A DNA stretch of 64,000 nucleotides from Octopus vulgaris (taxonomy: Eukaryota): NCBI GenBank assembly GCA_951406725.2, contig OX597825.1, positions 37,634,001 through 37,698,000 on the forward strand. The letters are read 5' to 3'. Numbering within the stretch: the first letter of the stretch is position 1; the number at the start of each line of letters is the position of its first letter. The notes beneath the pieces are model-generated. The model ran no database searches and was not told the origin of the DNA. It saw only the letters and a list, made by a program, of their open reading frames with translations. The position numbers and the translations under genes were made by a program. This document shows, in pieces, positions 51,607-64,000 of this stretch.

Positions 51607-53996
51607 ATGACTAAAGTAAAAACGAAGGATAATAACTCTGATTTTAGCTAGCTATCGTAATTTATGAGGCAGACAAATTGAAACAAGTGACAAATGTACA
51701 TTAGCTGTAAATAACATGGGTTGATTTCAGCTCAGAAAAGACACCCACCCACACACACAAACAAACACACACACAAGCAAACACGTGCACACACACACGC
51801 ACATATATAATATATATAATACATATATACATATGTGTGTGCGTGTATGTATTTGTGAGTGTGTATATGTATATATATGTACATATACACGTCTCTATAT
51901 ACACATATACATACATACAAAACACATGTATACACTCACACACATACACACACAAACGCACACATAGGCACATACACAATCACACACGCAAGCACATATA
52001 TAAAAGGAGGCAAAATGGCTTAATACATCCAGGTAGATGTCTTGAAAGTGCTCAGTATGACGCAAACTTCGATAACGATATAAAACAATCAGATGCCTAT
52101 AAATTTGAATAATGGTAACATCTATGCAAATTCGTCGTGTATGATAAGTAAATTCAAATATCACTTACAAGTATTTCAGAAATATGACATGAAAAAGAAT
52201 GAAGAAAAATTCATCTTTAATTACCGACAATCATTTCTATTGTCTGAGCATATTTAGATATAGAATAAAAAGTTACAAAATACCAGTCAAACCTATACAT
52301 CCAAAAATGTATTGATCACAATGTTACCAAGGTGGTTCAAAAGAGACTAAATTCATAGCGAACTGTGAAAATATCTACAGTATGTAGTCTCATACAAAGA
52401 GAGCGTTAAGAAAGATTATAATAGTCTAGGGAAAGTCAATTACGTATTTAAACTTAGAACGGCGTCAATAGATGATAAAAAAATAAAAATAAATGAACAT
52501 AAACATTTTATGCCAAGATATTTAGTTATTTAGCCATTCATGTATGCATGCTAAACACTTTAGAAAATATGATTACTAGATTATTGGAAAAGCGCTTTTA
52601 ATTAAGGTGTTATTTGTTATTCACTATTTACATATTTAAATGTTTTTTCTATATTTATGGGAGCATTTCAACGTAAGACCGGTTCTACAATTTAATAATC
52701 TTAAATTTAAAGTAATTATATAATATACTTCGTTCAGGCAAACACCATATTGAAAATCAGCAGGATTGTACGATGGAGCGTAATTTCACGGAATTATATT
52801 AAGCATTTTCGAGGAATATCAGTAGTTATATAAGATTTGAAAGGTGCATTGTGTCATCATATTCCTTGCTTTAGCCTTTCTGTTATTTTCATTGAAATTT
52901 GAACATTATCAACATCATCAAGTAATATTAACATTATCAACAAACATGTTCATAGTTCTTAATTCCAGTTCCAAAAGTAGATCTTCTCTTCCAATAATTC
53001 TGCTACGCTGGCATCTCCCTCGTTGGCTTGAGCAGATCTGTCACATCTTCCACAAAATACACTCTAACGTTACGAGAATGTAAATATCGGGCAATATAAT
53101 TCGTGACACAGATATTCGATCTGGGCTCAAACATCATTGACTGTGGGTCTCCTTGAGCAGTTCTGAAAACAGCTTGCACTAAAACAATTGCATGTATACT
53201 ACCAAATCATCTAAAATTGCATTTTGGAATGTTGCATTTTACTATATTTATCAAAGATAGATTTGGTCAAACCAATTAGTTTGATGGGTTCTCTTGAAAC
53301 TTTGCTACTTTTAGAGATCATATACCTCTTTTCGTAGACATTATACATCATGTGATATTACGATGCTGATGCGATGTGAACAACACAAGAGAAATGCTGA
53401 CTTTTATATTTAAAAATAGCATTTTTTTCTGTTATTGAAGAATATAAGTCTATATTTATCTTGTTCTTCTTAATATTTCACCAGGTCAAATACTTTACGT
53501 AGCTTCGAGTTGAGTGTTCACAAATGTAGGTACGATTGTAAGTGCATGTCTCCAGAATTTTATAGTTTTATATATGATGCACAGTCATATTTTAGGAATA
53601 AGGCTACTTTTCTTCATTCTCGTTTCTCGTTTCTAAACTAAAACTGCGTACAAAGTTTCATAAATTGTTAAATACGCGCGCTTCACCACCACCATTACCT
53701 AAGTAACAATACTGTCAACAACACTAATAACAATGGCATAACTTTTGCTTATTTAGAGTGCCATATCAGCAGTCTCTACCTTCTAGCTGCAATACACACA
53801 GCCGTTCAATAGTGACAGGTTGAATATAGAAAAGCTGCATCATTAAGGCAATACAGAATTTGTAGACTGATATACTACATGGTCGAATACCAGCTTTGTT
53901 ATAGTACAAATAGTTGTCACGTGCAGTATATTGCATGATGGGGTAATATAGAGGAATGATCATATGAAATATCTATACATTCTGCATATTGTACTC

Positions 53997-54068
<72 letters not shown>

Positions 54069-54118
54069 ATTTTTGTACTTGTGCGCGTATGTGTGTCGCT
54101 GTGTGCGTATGTCCACTG

Positions 54119-54164
<46 letters not shown>

Positions 54165-54169
54165 ATACT

Positions 54170-54582
54170 CTCTTTACTCTTTACTCTTTTACTTGTTTCA
54201 GTCATTTGACTGTGGCCATGCTGGAGCACCGCCTTTAGTCGAGCAAATCGACCTCGGGACTTATTCTTTGTAAGCCCAGTACTTATTCTATCGGTCTCTT
54301 TTGCCGAACCGCTAAGTGACGGGGACGTAAACACACCAGCATCGGTAGTCAAGCAATGCTAGGGGGACAAATACAGACACACAAACATATACACACTCAC
54401 ACACATATATATATATATACATATATACGACAGGCTTCTTTCGGTTTCCGTCTACCAAATCCACTCACAAGGCATTGGTCGGCCCAGGGCTATAGCAGAA
54501 GACACTTGCCCAAGATGCCACGCAGTGGGACTGAACCCGGAACCATGTGGTTGGTAAGCAAGCTACTTACCACACAGCCACT
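54170..54582 (-). mobile_element. tRNA-derived SINE family A, best-preserved copy
   Basis: Minus strand: gagTGGCTGTGTGGtaag (A box)...GGTTCAGTCCC (B box), internal (TA)/(TG) tract, tail (GTAAAAGA)n. Confidence 0.92.
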
Positions 54583-54589
54583 CGTATAC

Positions 54590-54640
<51 letters not shown>

Positions 54641-54671
54641 TATATACATATATACACATACGTGCATACAG

Positions 54672-54716
<45 letters not shown>

Positions 54717-55324
54717 GTGTGTGTGTGCATGTATGCATGCATGGATGCATGTATTTATGTGTGTATAGATACGTATGTATGTTTGTATTTTCGGGAAACA
54801 TCTCGAAGCATACACATTAGTCTATGTAAATGTATAAATATTGATTTGATAAACAGTTTTGACTGCAGGAGATCTGAGTTCAAATATCATGGGCAACCTT
54901 TGACCTTTTCTACCAAAAAGAGTTCAGTCAAATATCTACATGCTTTATGTGTCTGTTTCGAGATATTACTAAAAAGTGTGTGTGTGAGTGCAATGTTATT
55001 TTTGTACATAATATACAATACCAAATTGTTTATGATATGTAGAGTATAGTGTATCTTTAAAACATATAGTACTTGCACTGTGTTCAATTCAACCAAATCT
55101 ATATTGCACCTGTTGCTCATGCCCTAACCTCATTAATTACTCGAATATTGCAGTATTTTCACATTTTAAATATTCACTTAATACGCTACGCTATTCGCTA
55201 TAATGAATTGTTTTCAATACAATTGCTTCTTAATGTTAATTAAAGAATAATGGCTTTTAATTCTACTATATTACTGCTTTTTTATTGGTATGTAACACAT
55301 TTATCTTTCCTTAAAATAATTTTC

Positions 55325-55552
55325 GAGGACGTAAACACACCAGGGATAAGTACAGACACACAAACATATACACACACATATACACTCACACGCACACATA
55401 TATATATACGACGAGCTTATTTCAGTTTCCGTCTACCAAATCCACTCACAAGGCTTCGAGGCTATAGCAGAAGACATTTGCTCAAGGTGTCACGTATTTT
55501 GTCTGAACCCGGAATCATGTGGTTCGTAAGCAAGCTACTTACCACACAGACA
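55325..55552 (-). mobile_element. SINE family A, partial
   Basis: ggacgtaaacacaccag...tttccgtctaccaaatccactcacaaggc...ctgaacccggaatcatgtgg. Confidence 0.85.
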
Positions 55553-55970
55553 TTCTTACGCCAAAATATTTTACGGAAAGAGACGATCTTTTTCAGAAAC
55601 ATAAATTAGTAATTACTCAGGATGGGCAGTTGGTGACTTTTGTGTAGTAAAACACACAAAATAAGCGACATATAAGTGCGCGACTGAGTTGAAGACAGAT
55701 ATACTTCTGTATTTATAGGAACTAACGAAAACGGTGTTGTAGGACTGTACACAGCACGTGTAATACAACAGTACTACACGTAGCTAAAATACTGAGATTG
55801 AAAAGCAGGGGCGAATTATGCCTGCCTAATCTACAAAAAAAAATTGTATTTTATGTATAGTAATCAGAGTAACCTTCGTGATTTTATTGAATTACCTGCA
55901 TATTTGGCCATAAAAGGAGAATGTTGCTATCGATCTATTTTATCCAAGGCACGTTCCTGATACACACACG

Positions 55971-56021
<51 letters not shown>

Positions 56022-56044
56022 GCATAGACATATCAATAAATATA

Positions 56045-56103
<59 letters not shown>

Positions 56104-56155
56104 AAGCTTATGTTGTGTGTATATACGTATACATACATACACACATACATATATA

Positions 56156-56401
56156 TATCTGTAAATGTAATATGTGGCAATTATTCAGTAGTTATGATAA
56201 AATTCCGAGTTTCGGATGTCGGGGTGGAAATCCACGCCGCCATCGGATGGACGGATAACCGAAGAGATGGCGGTGTGGATTTCCACCCCGTCATCAGCCG
56301 GATAGCTGAAAAGATAGCGGTGTGGATTTACACCCAGGCATCCGAACCTCGGAGTTTTCTCATGGCTACCGAATAATTGTCACATATTACATTTACAGAT
56401 A
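56156..56401. mobile_element. Small fold-back plus tandem element (pLTR-like) in (TA)n
   Basis: 56156-56245 is inverted to 56313-56401, with an extra partial direct copy at 56253-56295. Confidence 0.85.
56301..56361 (+). ncRNA. Hammerhead ribozyme motif (family 5), mutated in this copy
   Basis: Consensus of the three local copies: GATAG-CTGAAGA-GATGGCGGTGTGGATTTCCACCCCGGCATCC-GAAAC-TCGGA-GTT-TTATC (stem I GATAG/TTATC, long stem II, near-palindromic AACTC-G-GAGTT). Confidence 0.62.
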
Positions 56402-57430
56402 AAGTCCTCTATTTACACAATATCGAGGTCTCTTTCATTCTTTTGTTGTCTTACCATTTCTATCAATATATATATATACGTGTGCGTGAGTGCGTGAGTG
56501 AGTGTGTGTAACTATGCATATGTGTATGATGGGCTTGCACAAGATTTCATCTCCCAAATTTTACCGATGCTATATTGGTCAGCATTCTTCGGCTACCACA
56601 CTGTTAGGTCGAAAGTTAGACTACAACAATGAAATATGTATCCTTATGACTAGAAGAAACTGACGACCACCAATCTTGGCATTAACATTTTGGTGAAAGC
56701 GTAGTGCTCTTTAGTAAATCCTAGAGTAAAGAAAGAGAGTATAACTGCTGCTATTGTATTTTAAAAATCAAAGATCCATATATGGAGTTTGTTATCTTTG
56801 TTCTGCGAAAGCATCAGCGTCTTCTAGACTGATAACTTTTCCACTGGAAAACATCTGATATATGCAGATATGTGTTCATGCTAGAAATGCAACATACATT
56901 GTGCTGTAGGTGTCATCTTTCTATATATGAGATACTAGTCCTATATTTTATAGCTTTAAAATTACTAGTATATATTATAGCTATGTATATCTCATATACT
57001 TAAGCTGTTCAGCAAAATGACAGCATCACAATTCATATTTTTAATGCGGAATGCGCGAGAAAAATCTCTTTAGGATTTAGTATATGAAGAATTATTTTAC
57101 ACGCAAGGATTTAGAATATATGAAGCATTTGAAAATAGGAAGAAAAAATAAGAATGAAAAATAGGAGAATGATTTTCTTACGATTTCGATATCAAACACA
57201 AAATATGAAATAATACAATATTAACTTGAAATGTATGAGGAAATCCATACAGAAAACAAGACAAAAATTGGAGAGATTATGAGAAATAATGGTTGTATAA
57301 CTATGTTATGCATTACAGAAACTCATGTATCTATATAATCTGGCTTATCACACATTGGAAGTGAAGAACAAGTCTACTTCCGAGGAAAACAAATTCGTCA
57401 GAATATACATGTTTACTTATAGAGACATAA

Positions 57431-57491
<61 letters not shown>

Positions 57492-57510
57492 TGAGTATAT
57501 TTAATATGCA

Positions 57511-57542
<32 letters not shown>

Positions 57543-58189
57543 CCGCGTATGTGTATGTATTGATTTATCGAAATATATAATGTATGTGCATGTGTGTATT
57601 AATATCTTTGTAATTATGCGTCTATACATGCATGTATATGTATTTGTAGATGTAGGTGTATTTTTTATCTACACAAAAACACTTTTCTGTATTTACTGCA
57701 TTCAGATAATGCACGTGCACAAACACACACATACACACACATACACACACACACATACACACACACACAAACACACACACATCATCTCATTTTGCTTCTG
57801 TTTGTACGGTTACATATACGCAAAGACATAATCGCATATTCATACCGGCTTAGGTAAATATATTTCTAGCTTTTTCATCTAAATATCCAAGATTGTTAGT
57901 ACACATTACATTAATCTATCTTAGCATTACAAACTGGATACAGTGCAACTAGTTTATGTTTAATTTACATCGGTTGTTGCATTGAAGTATTTTCAAAGTA
58001 GTAAACTATCTACTGTTGATATCGTCATCTAGAGGGAACACGGTTTATTCACGTCATGCAGTAATTGTTCTGAGCTTATATCCTATCTCATAAGCAAACC
58101 TGCACCTAACTCCCCAAATTTATAGGAGAATGAGTAGGGCCGAAACATTGACAACTATATAATAGTGATAATGATGATGATGATGATAA

Positions 58190-59520
58190 TTGGAATATGA
58201 CAAAATTAAGAAAAATGAAATGAAGGTAAGCTTTAGGCAAGAATATCTCAGAAGAACCGAATTAATCATAGGAAGTAGGCTCGATATAAAGAACAATATC
58301 AGGGCAATGAAAACATGAACTGTTTCCTTAATAGGATATGGCGCAGGTGTTATTAGGTGTACAAAGAACGAGCTTGAGGAAATGAACAGGAAAACCAACA
58401 GAAGTGATGACAACAACGAGCTACACGCAAAAAAGCATTATTGACAGGCTCTATATGCTTAGGAACGATGGAAGAAGAGGCCTCATGGGATGCAAGATCT
58501 GTGTTGCCAAACGACAACAACAGTATGGGATGGTACATCAAGCAGCTGAGTGAATCCTTGTTTTCCCTCTGTTAGAATTAACAAAAGAATACCTACCGAA
58601 AAATTTACACACCCACAAACATTTGAAAAATAAGATGAAGAAGAAAGAATAAACAGTTGGTAAATGAAATCACTGCACGAACAATACCTAAAAAAAATCG
58701 GTGGAAACGATAAGAGTTGAGATTGGCTAAAAAGTGATCTGAAAGGATGCACAGACGCATTGTTATGCAACACCCCGGAAGAAGCTCTGAGAACTCATTA
58801 CACTAAGTTCCAAATATTTAAGAGTACCGAATTGCCTCTTTGGCGGATGTTTGATAGCAACAAGGAAGGAGTCTCACATATTGTGAATGAGTGAAGCGGT
58901 AATGTGTCTAAGTTTCCCGCTGGAGACTATGTGTAAAGTACGGCCTGGACAGAGCACAGAGATGGTACAAACATGAATGAAAAGTAGTTACGAAGAACAA
59001 TGAATATAAGATACTGTGGCATTTTACAATCCAATGTGACTCCCTAATCAATGCTGGGAGACCCAACATTTTTGTGGCAGATAAAGGAAAAATGGAAACT
59101 AAAACTATAGGTTTTACAATCCCTGGCGATGCACACATAAAGGACAAATATCTAGAAAAATTGAGAAGTACAGTCTACTAAAAGATGAAATAGTGAGAGT
59201 GTGGACTATGAGGAGAGTGTCTATCATTCCAGTAGTTGTAAGGGAAGTCGAAGCACTTACAACCAAATTCGAGAATTATGTCAGAGAAACTGAGATTGAC
59301 ATGAGAACAGAGCTGGCCCAAAAAACTGCTCTGCGGGGACAGCTAAGGTTTTTGAGGTTGGTACTTGGATGTTGAATGTCTCCCACGATAATTAACATCC
59401 AATATTCAAAGCTTATAATTTTTCGGAGAGAGCCTGTAAAACCTCTAACAACAGGCTACTGTCCGCTCTTACAGAATCGACAAGAGCACAAAAGACTGAG
59501 CGCTCTAGGAAGTAAAACAA
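58190..59520 (+). mobile_element. Decayed R4/Dong-type LINE 3' portion ending in a long (TAA)n array
   Basis: Remnants: EYLRR, IDRLY, GRRGL, LHEQY, ILWHFTIQCD, RPNI, IEKYSLLKDEI, AQKTAL...RFLRLVL*. 3' UTR followed by TAA. Confidence 0.85.
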
Positions 59521-60326
<806 letters not shown>

Positions 60327-60384
60327 GAAGAAGAAGAAGAAGAAGGAGTAGAAGAAGAAGAAGAAGAAGAAAAATAAGAATCAT

Positions 60385-60578
60385 TTCCACTAGAGACACA
60401 ATACCTGAAATATTGGTGGAGGGGACTAGTCTATTACATTGAGCTAAGGGTGAAGATAGTACTTATTTCATTGACTTCGAAAGGATGAACGGAAAAGTCC
60501 ACCTTGGGGCATTTGAGCTTAGAATGTAAAAACAGACAAAATACCGCAAAGCATTTTATTCGGCGTGATAACGACTCG
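60385..60578 (-). mobile_element. SINE family B copy
   Basis: gtacttatttcattgacttcgaaaggatgaac...aaataccgcaaagcattt...cggcgtgataacga is the reverse complement of family B. Confidence 0.8.
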
Positions 60579-60629
60579 CATCACCATCACAATTATTGTT
60601 AATATCATTACTATTGTTATTATTACTGC

Positions 60630-62400
60630 TCTAGTGATACGTATTTTACAGCCCACGAAAAGATGACAGGCAAAATCAATATCGGCGGAACGTGAACTCG
60701 GAGTATAAAGTCGAACATCTCGTACGTTTTACGCTCTTCTAAAAGTATCAAAGATCTCTTGAAACAGGGAATTGTCGTTGACTCGTAAAAAGTCCGCTGT
60801 GATGAAAAAGTTAAACGATCGTTTAAAAACATAATATATCTGTGTTAGATTTTGGAAGGTGTTCACTTTATATCCTTTTCTTGTTCGAGTCCAGTCTAAA
60901 AGTATTTTATCAAGAACTAAATCGTAATATAACTGGAATCAATGCAGCATTAGCGGCAAGAGAAGAAAAGTAATTCCCGTGAGGAGCACATACATCGAAG
61001 TAAGACGCAAACAGGTAACCTTTCATCACAACGAACATACCAGCCGAATAACTGTATTAAGCCATATTACCATAAGAATTGAGCCAGACACTACAAAATC
61101 AAAATAGTGTACGGGACTAGGAACGGAGTGGATCCCAAAGTTATCAGCTCAATATTTAAGAAGTATTTAATAAGAAACTGAAAGGACCAGAGACAATATC
61201 TGAGAAGGAAACCATCTTGATTCCAAAGACTAATGAAACAATAAGCCTTAAAACCTACTGACTCATAACCTGCTTTCCTACAGCTTCGTCACAGAGAATA
61301 GATTATTTAAAGAGAAGTATAAATGTGGTTTCGGTGTTCATGTATTAATTAGCAAAGTCGGAATTGAAGTAACTGGAGTTTAAAAAAAGTCTGAGCAATA
61401 GTATTCACCACGTACGGATCCAGATAATATTGCCATTGAATGAATTGTTAGTATTTGGTAGTAGATTTATTTAATAGGTTATTGATAAATGAATAATAAA
61501 CTCTGGAAATGTGGGTAGAGAATAACATAGGACACCAAACATATTTATGGTAGACGAAAAGAATTCAAAATCTAACTTTGTGCGCTGCCTTAGTTAAAGA
61601 CATTTCCACATTTAACTAGTATGGTAAATCAAATTTAACACAAACTCAAATGCTATGGGGTGAGAAATAAAATATTTTTAACGAACGATCTCAGTCTGTA
61701 AACTATTGATGACAAAGAAATGAAACAGAATTCAAAACAGCAGAAACTTACTCGGGGAATTGATATATTTGATTAGAAAAGTGCACTTTGAAATCATGAA
61801 AATTAACTAAGAACACTAATATTACATTAGATAAAGAAGACATATATGCAAATTAAGCAGAACAGACTCAAATAAACTAACGAGTCAATGAACTATCTCA
61901 GTAGAAAGAAAAAAAATTAGGAATGATTATCATAATTGATTTAGTCTAATAATTGAATCAGAGCTTAATGCAAGTGTAATGAAATAAGGAACTAAAATCT
62001 ACTTAACTCGATAATCTTAATTGAAAGCTAAATAAATCATCATGCCTAGACAGACATAGGACAAAAAAATGGTGACTTCAAATAGAAAAGAATTCACAAA
62101 ATGTGAAATAGAGATACATTTATTACAAATAGAGACAGGAGGAGGGAAACGCAAAAGGAGAGCAATCTTAAAATCGCACAACTACGAAAATATGTAGAGG
62201 AGAAGAATGGATAATAAATACGAATATCCAGTAAATATGAACAAAATACAAAACTATTTTTTGTATCTTAGGAATCCTAAAACTTCAAGCAATTATGAAG
62301 GGGCTGTACTACATTAATAGAAAAGCATAAATGAAACTAAAAATGAGATTGTATGCAAAATGTATGCAAAAACCATGGCAAGAAATTCCACTATATAGGC
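60630..62400 (+). mobile_element. Very old R4-like LINE RT remnant
   Basis: EGKTILIPK...TY*LITCFPT (~61200-61280) and later similarity to 31480-32220 (ttagaaaagtgc, attacattagataaa, agagcttaatgc, aatatgaacaaaatacaaaactattt, ccatggcaaga). Confidence 0.6.
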
Positions 62401-62619
62401 AATGACATCTAAAGCCTAATAGGGTGAAAATAATATAACAAACAAGACAGGTGTTGTCTGAGAAGGACCCCATAGAATGATGACATTGATGGACATTTCA
62501 GTGTGGTGCAAATGTCAGAGACGGAGAGAGAGAAAGAGAGGGAGAGAGAGAAATAGAGACAGATAGACAGAAAGAAACAAAGACCGAAAGAGGGGGAAAC
62601 AGAAGCAGAGAGAGTAGCG

Positions 62620-63250
62620 AGCTTTCTTTCCGGGAAACTCTTTGTGTCCTTCTCGATTTATTTTACCTTTGACGTGCATTTTTCTTTTTTCTTTATTCTA
62701 AATTATTTCGTCACCTTCTCTATATCTGCTCTGCATCGTCTTCTGATGATAGATGAAACTACTGATAAAGCGTATATTAATTATCTGATTATCGACTCCA
62801 ACCACAATCGAATTTCCTCTTTTCCTAAGAAATGCAACCAGAACTCTTCAAAAGACAAGTTTCAAGATCCTTCTGCTCTTCTTGTTGCCTTCTTTGCATT
62901 CTTTGATGACAGACCAATAGCAGCTTGGCTTTCCCCGCACTGCTCCACAACAGTTTTGCTGTGTTCCCGGTGTGGATATCATCAGGACTTGTATATCTGA
63001 ACAACCGTCTCTAGATAACATTTCTTTGTATCGCATCAGTAATTTCCACCTCTCCCTCAGAGTTGCAAATGTAAGGATGATTTCAATGTCAGCCCCACGC
63101 GTAATAGCTCTGCCTATAAACCCTTTAACTTTTTTCACTATGTCTTGCGCTACCAGTCTGGCAGCAGGTGTGCAGAGAGCCATTAATGTTATCTCACTTC
63201 GTTCTGTACATCTCACTTCTGTCGATCAAACGAATCACGTGTCATATATT
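62620..63250 (-). other. Unassigned GC-richer, coding-like decayed segment (possible retroelement ORF1 remnant)
   Basis: 122-aa non-repetitive ORF 62848-63216(-) in an otherwise AT-rich context; no motif I can name. Confidence 0.3.
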
Positions 63251-64000
63251 AGACAATGTTTATAGCTCCTCGTTTGTGATCATGGGAAAATTTATAATAA
63301 TATAAAATAATTTAATTTAATCTAATATGATATAATATGATATAATATAAAACATATATGTTAATATACTTTCTGTGAACAGTGGAGACATGTATTGTCT
63401 CTACTTTGATGACACCAACACTTCCAGATCCTTAGATTAAATCACACTACTAGTAAACAACACAGATTCAAATTATGTGGACCCCAGAAATATCAGCCCT
63501 AAAATGTGATTATGACAATATATTTGCTGGTGCTGAATATGGGAAGAAATCCTAGTAATGTTTAACAAAACTAGTAACATTTGGAAGAATCACGAGAGAA
63601 ATATTACTGTTACTGCTGAGAATAACTATAACAACGTTGACAGAATAGACATTACGTTTCCGGTAGCCATATCACATCGGTGACACAAATTCTGGTATGT
63701 ACCGCTGAACAATAAGAATCCTAGATTACATGTATCAACTAAATACAGTGAAAATACAATACGCTAAAGAGGCAATTTCTTAAAAACCAGCCTAGGTTAA
63801 TGGATTCTATCAGTACCATACAAAGGAGAAGGTTACCGTTTACTACGTTATATTACACAGTGAAACAATTCTCTACCAAATTGAATACTCACTACAAAAT
63901 AATTGGGATTAGATAAACATGCGTACCCACTACAACAGACTATGTCGGATTAAATAAACAATGTACCATTATAAATGAGATAAAATACCAACATAGAAGA

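Overview
AT-rich, microsatellite-dense eukaryotic DNA. The repeat repertoire (tRNA-SINEs with internal (CA)/(TA) tracts, R4/Dong LINEs in (TAA)n, Penelope-like elements) most resembles an octopus/cephalopod genome; this is an inference. Almost all ORFs in the supplied track are microsatellite read-through. I can support only one host exon: a 134-bp minus-strand exon (42353-42486) encoding the start of a DPR/Zig-8-like Ig domain, so most of the window is probably intron. The rest is transposon-derived: a decayed mariner, RTE and CR1/Jockey remnants, at least three tRNA-SINE families, about seven R4/Dong-type RLE LINE copies (one 5'-truncated copy keeps a clean 1.6-kb ORF), a non-coding (TAA)n-targeted element, and several Penelope-like (GIY-YIG) remnants. 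The main finding is at least five sequence-unrelated families that each carry a minimal type-I hammerhead-ribozyme motif with a palindromic helix III, four of them as fold-back elements. They are concentrated at 43.8-48.2 kb. Two families have a compensatory U3-A8 core (UUGANAA instead of CUGANGA). One family places a tRNA-like Pol III head and a (TAA)n tract between its GIY-YIG ORF and its hammerhead, and that tract was hit twice by TAA-targeting retroelements. All structures were assigned by eye; boundaries of decayed repeats are approximate.
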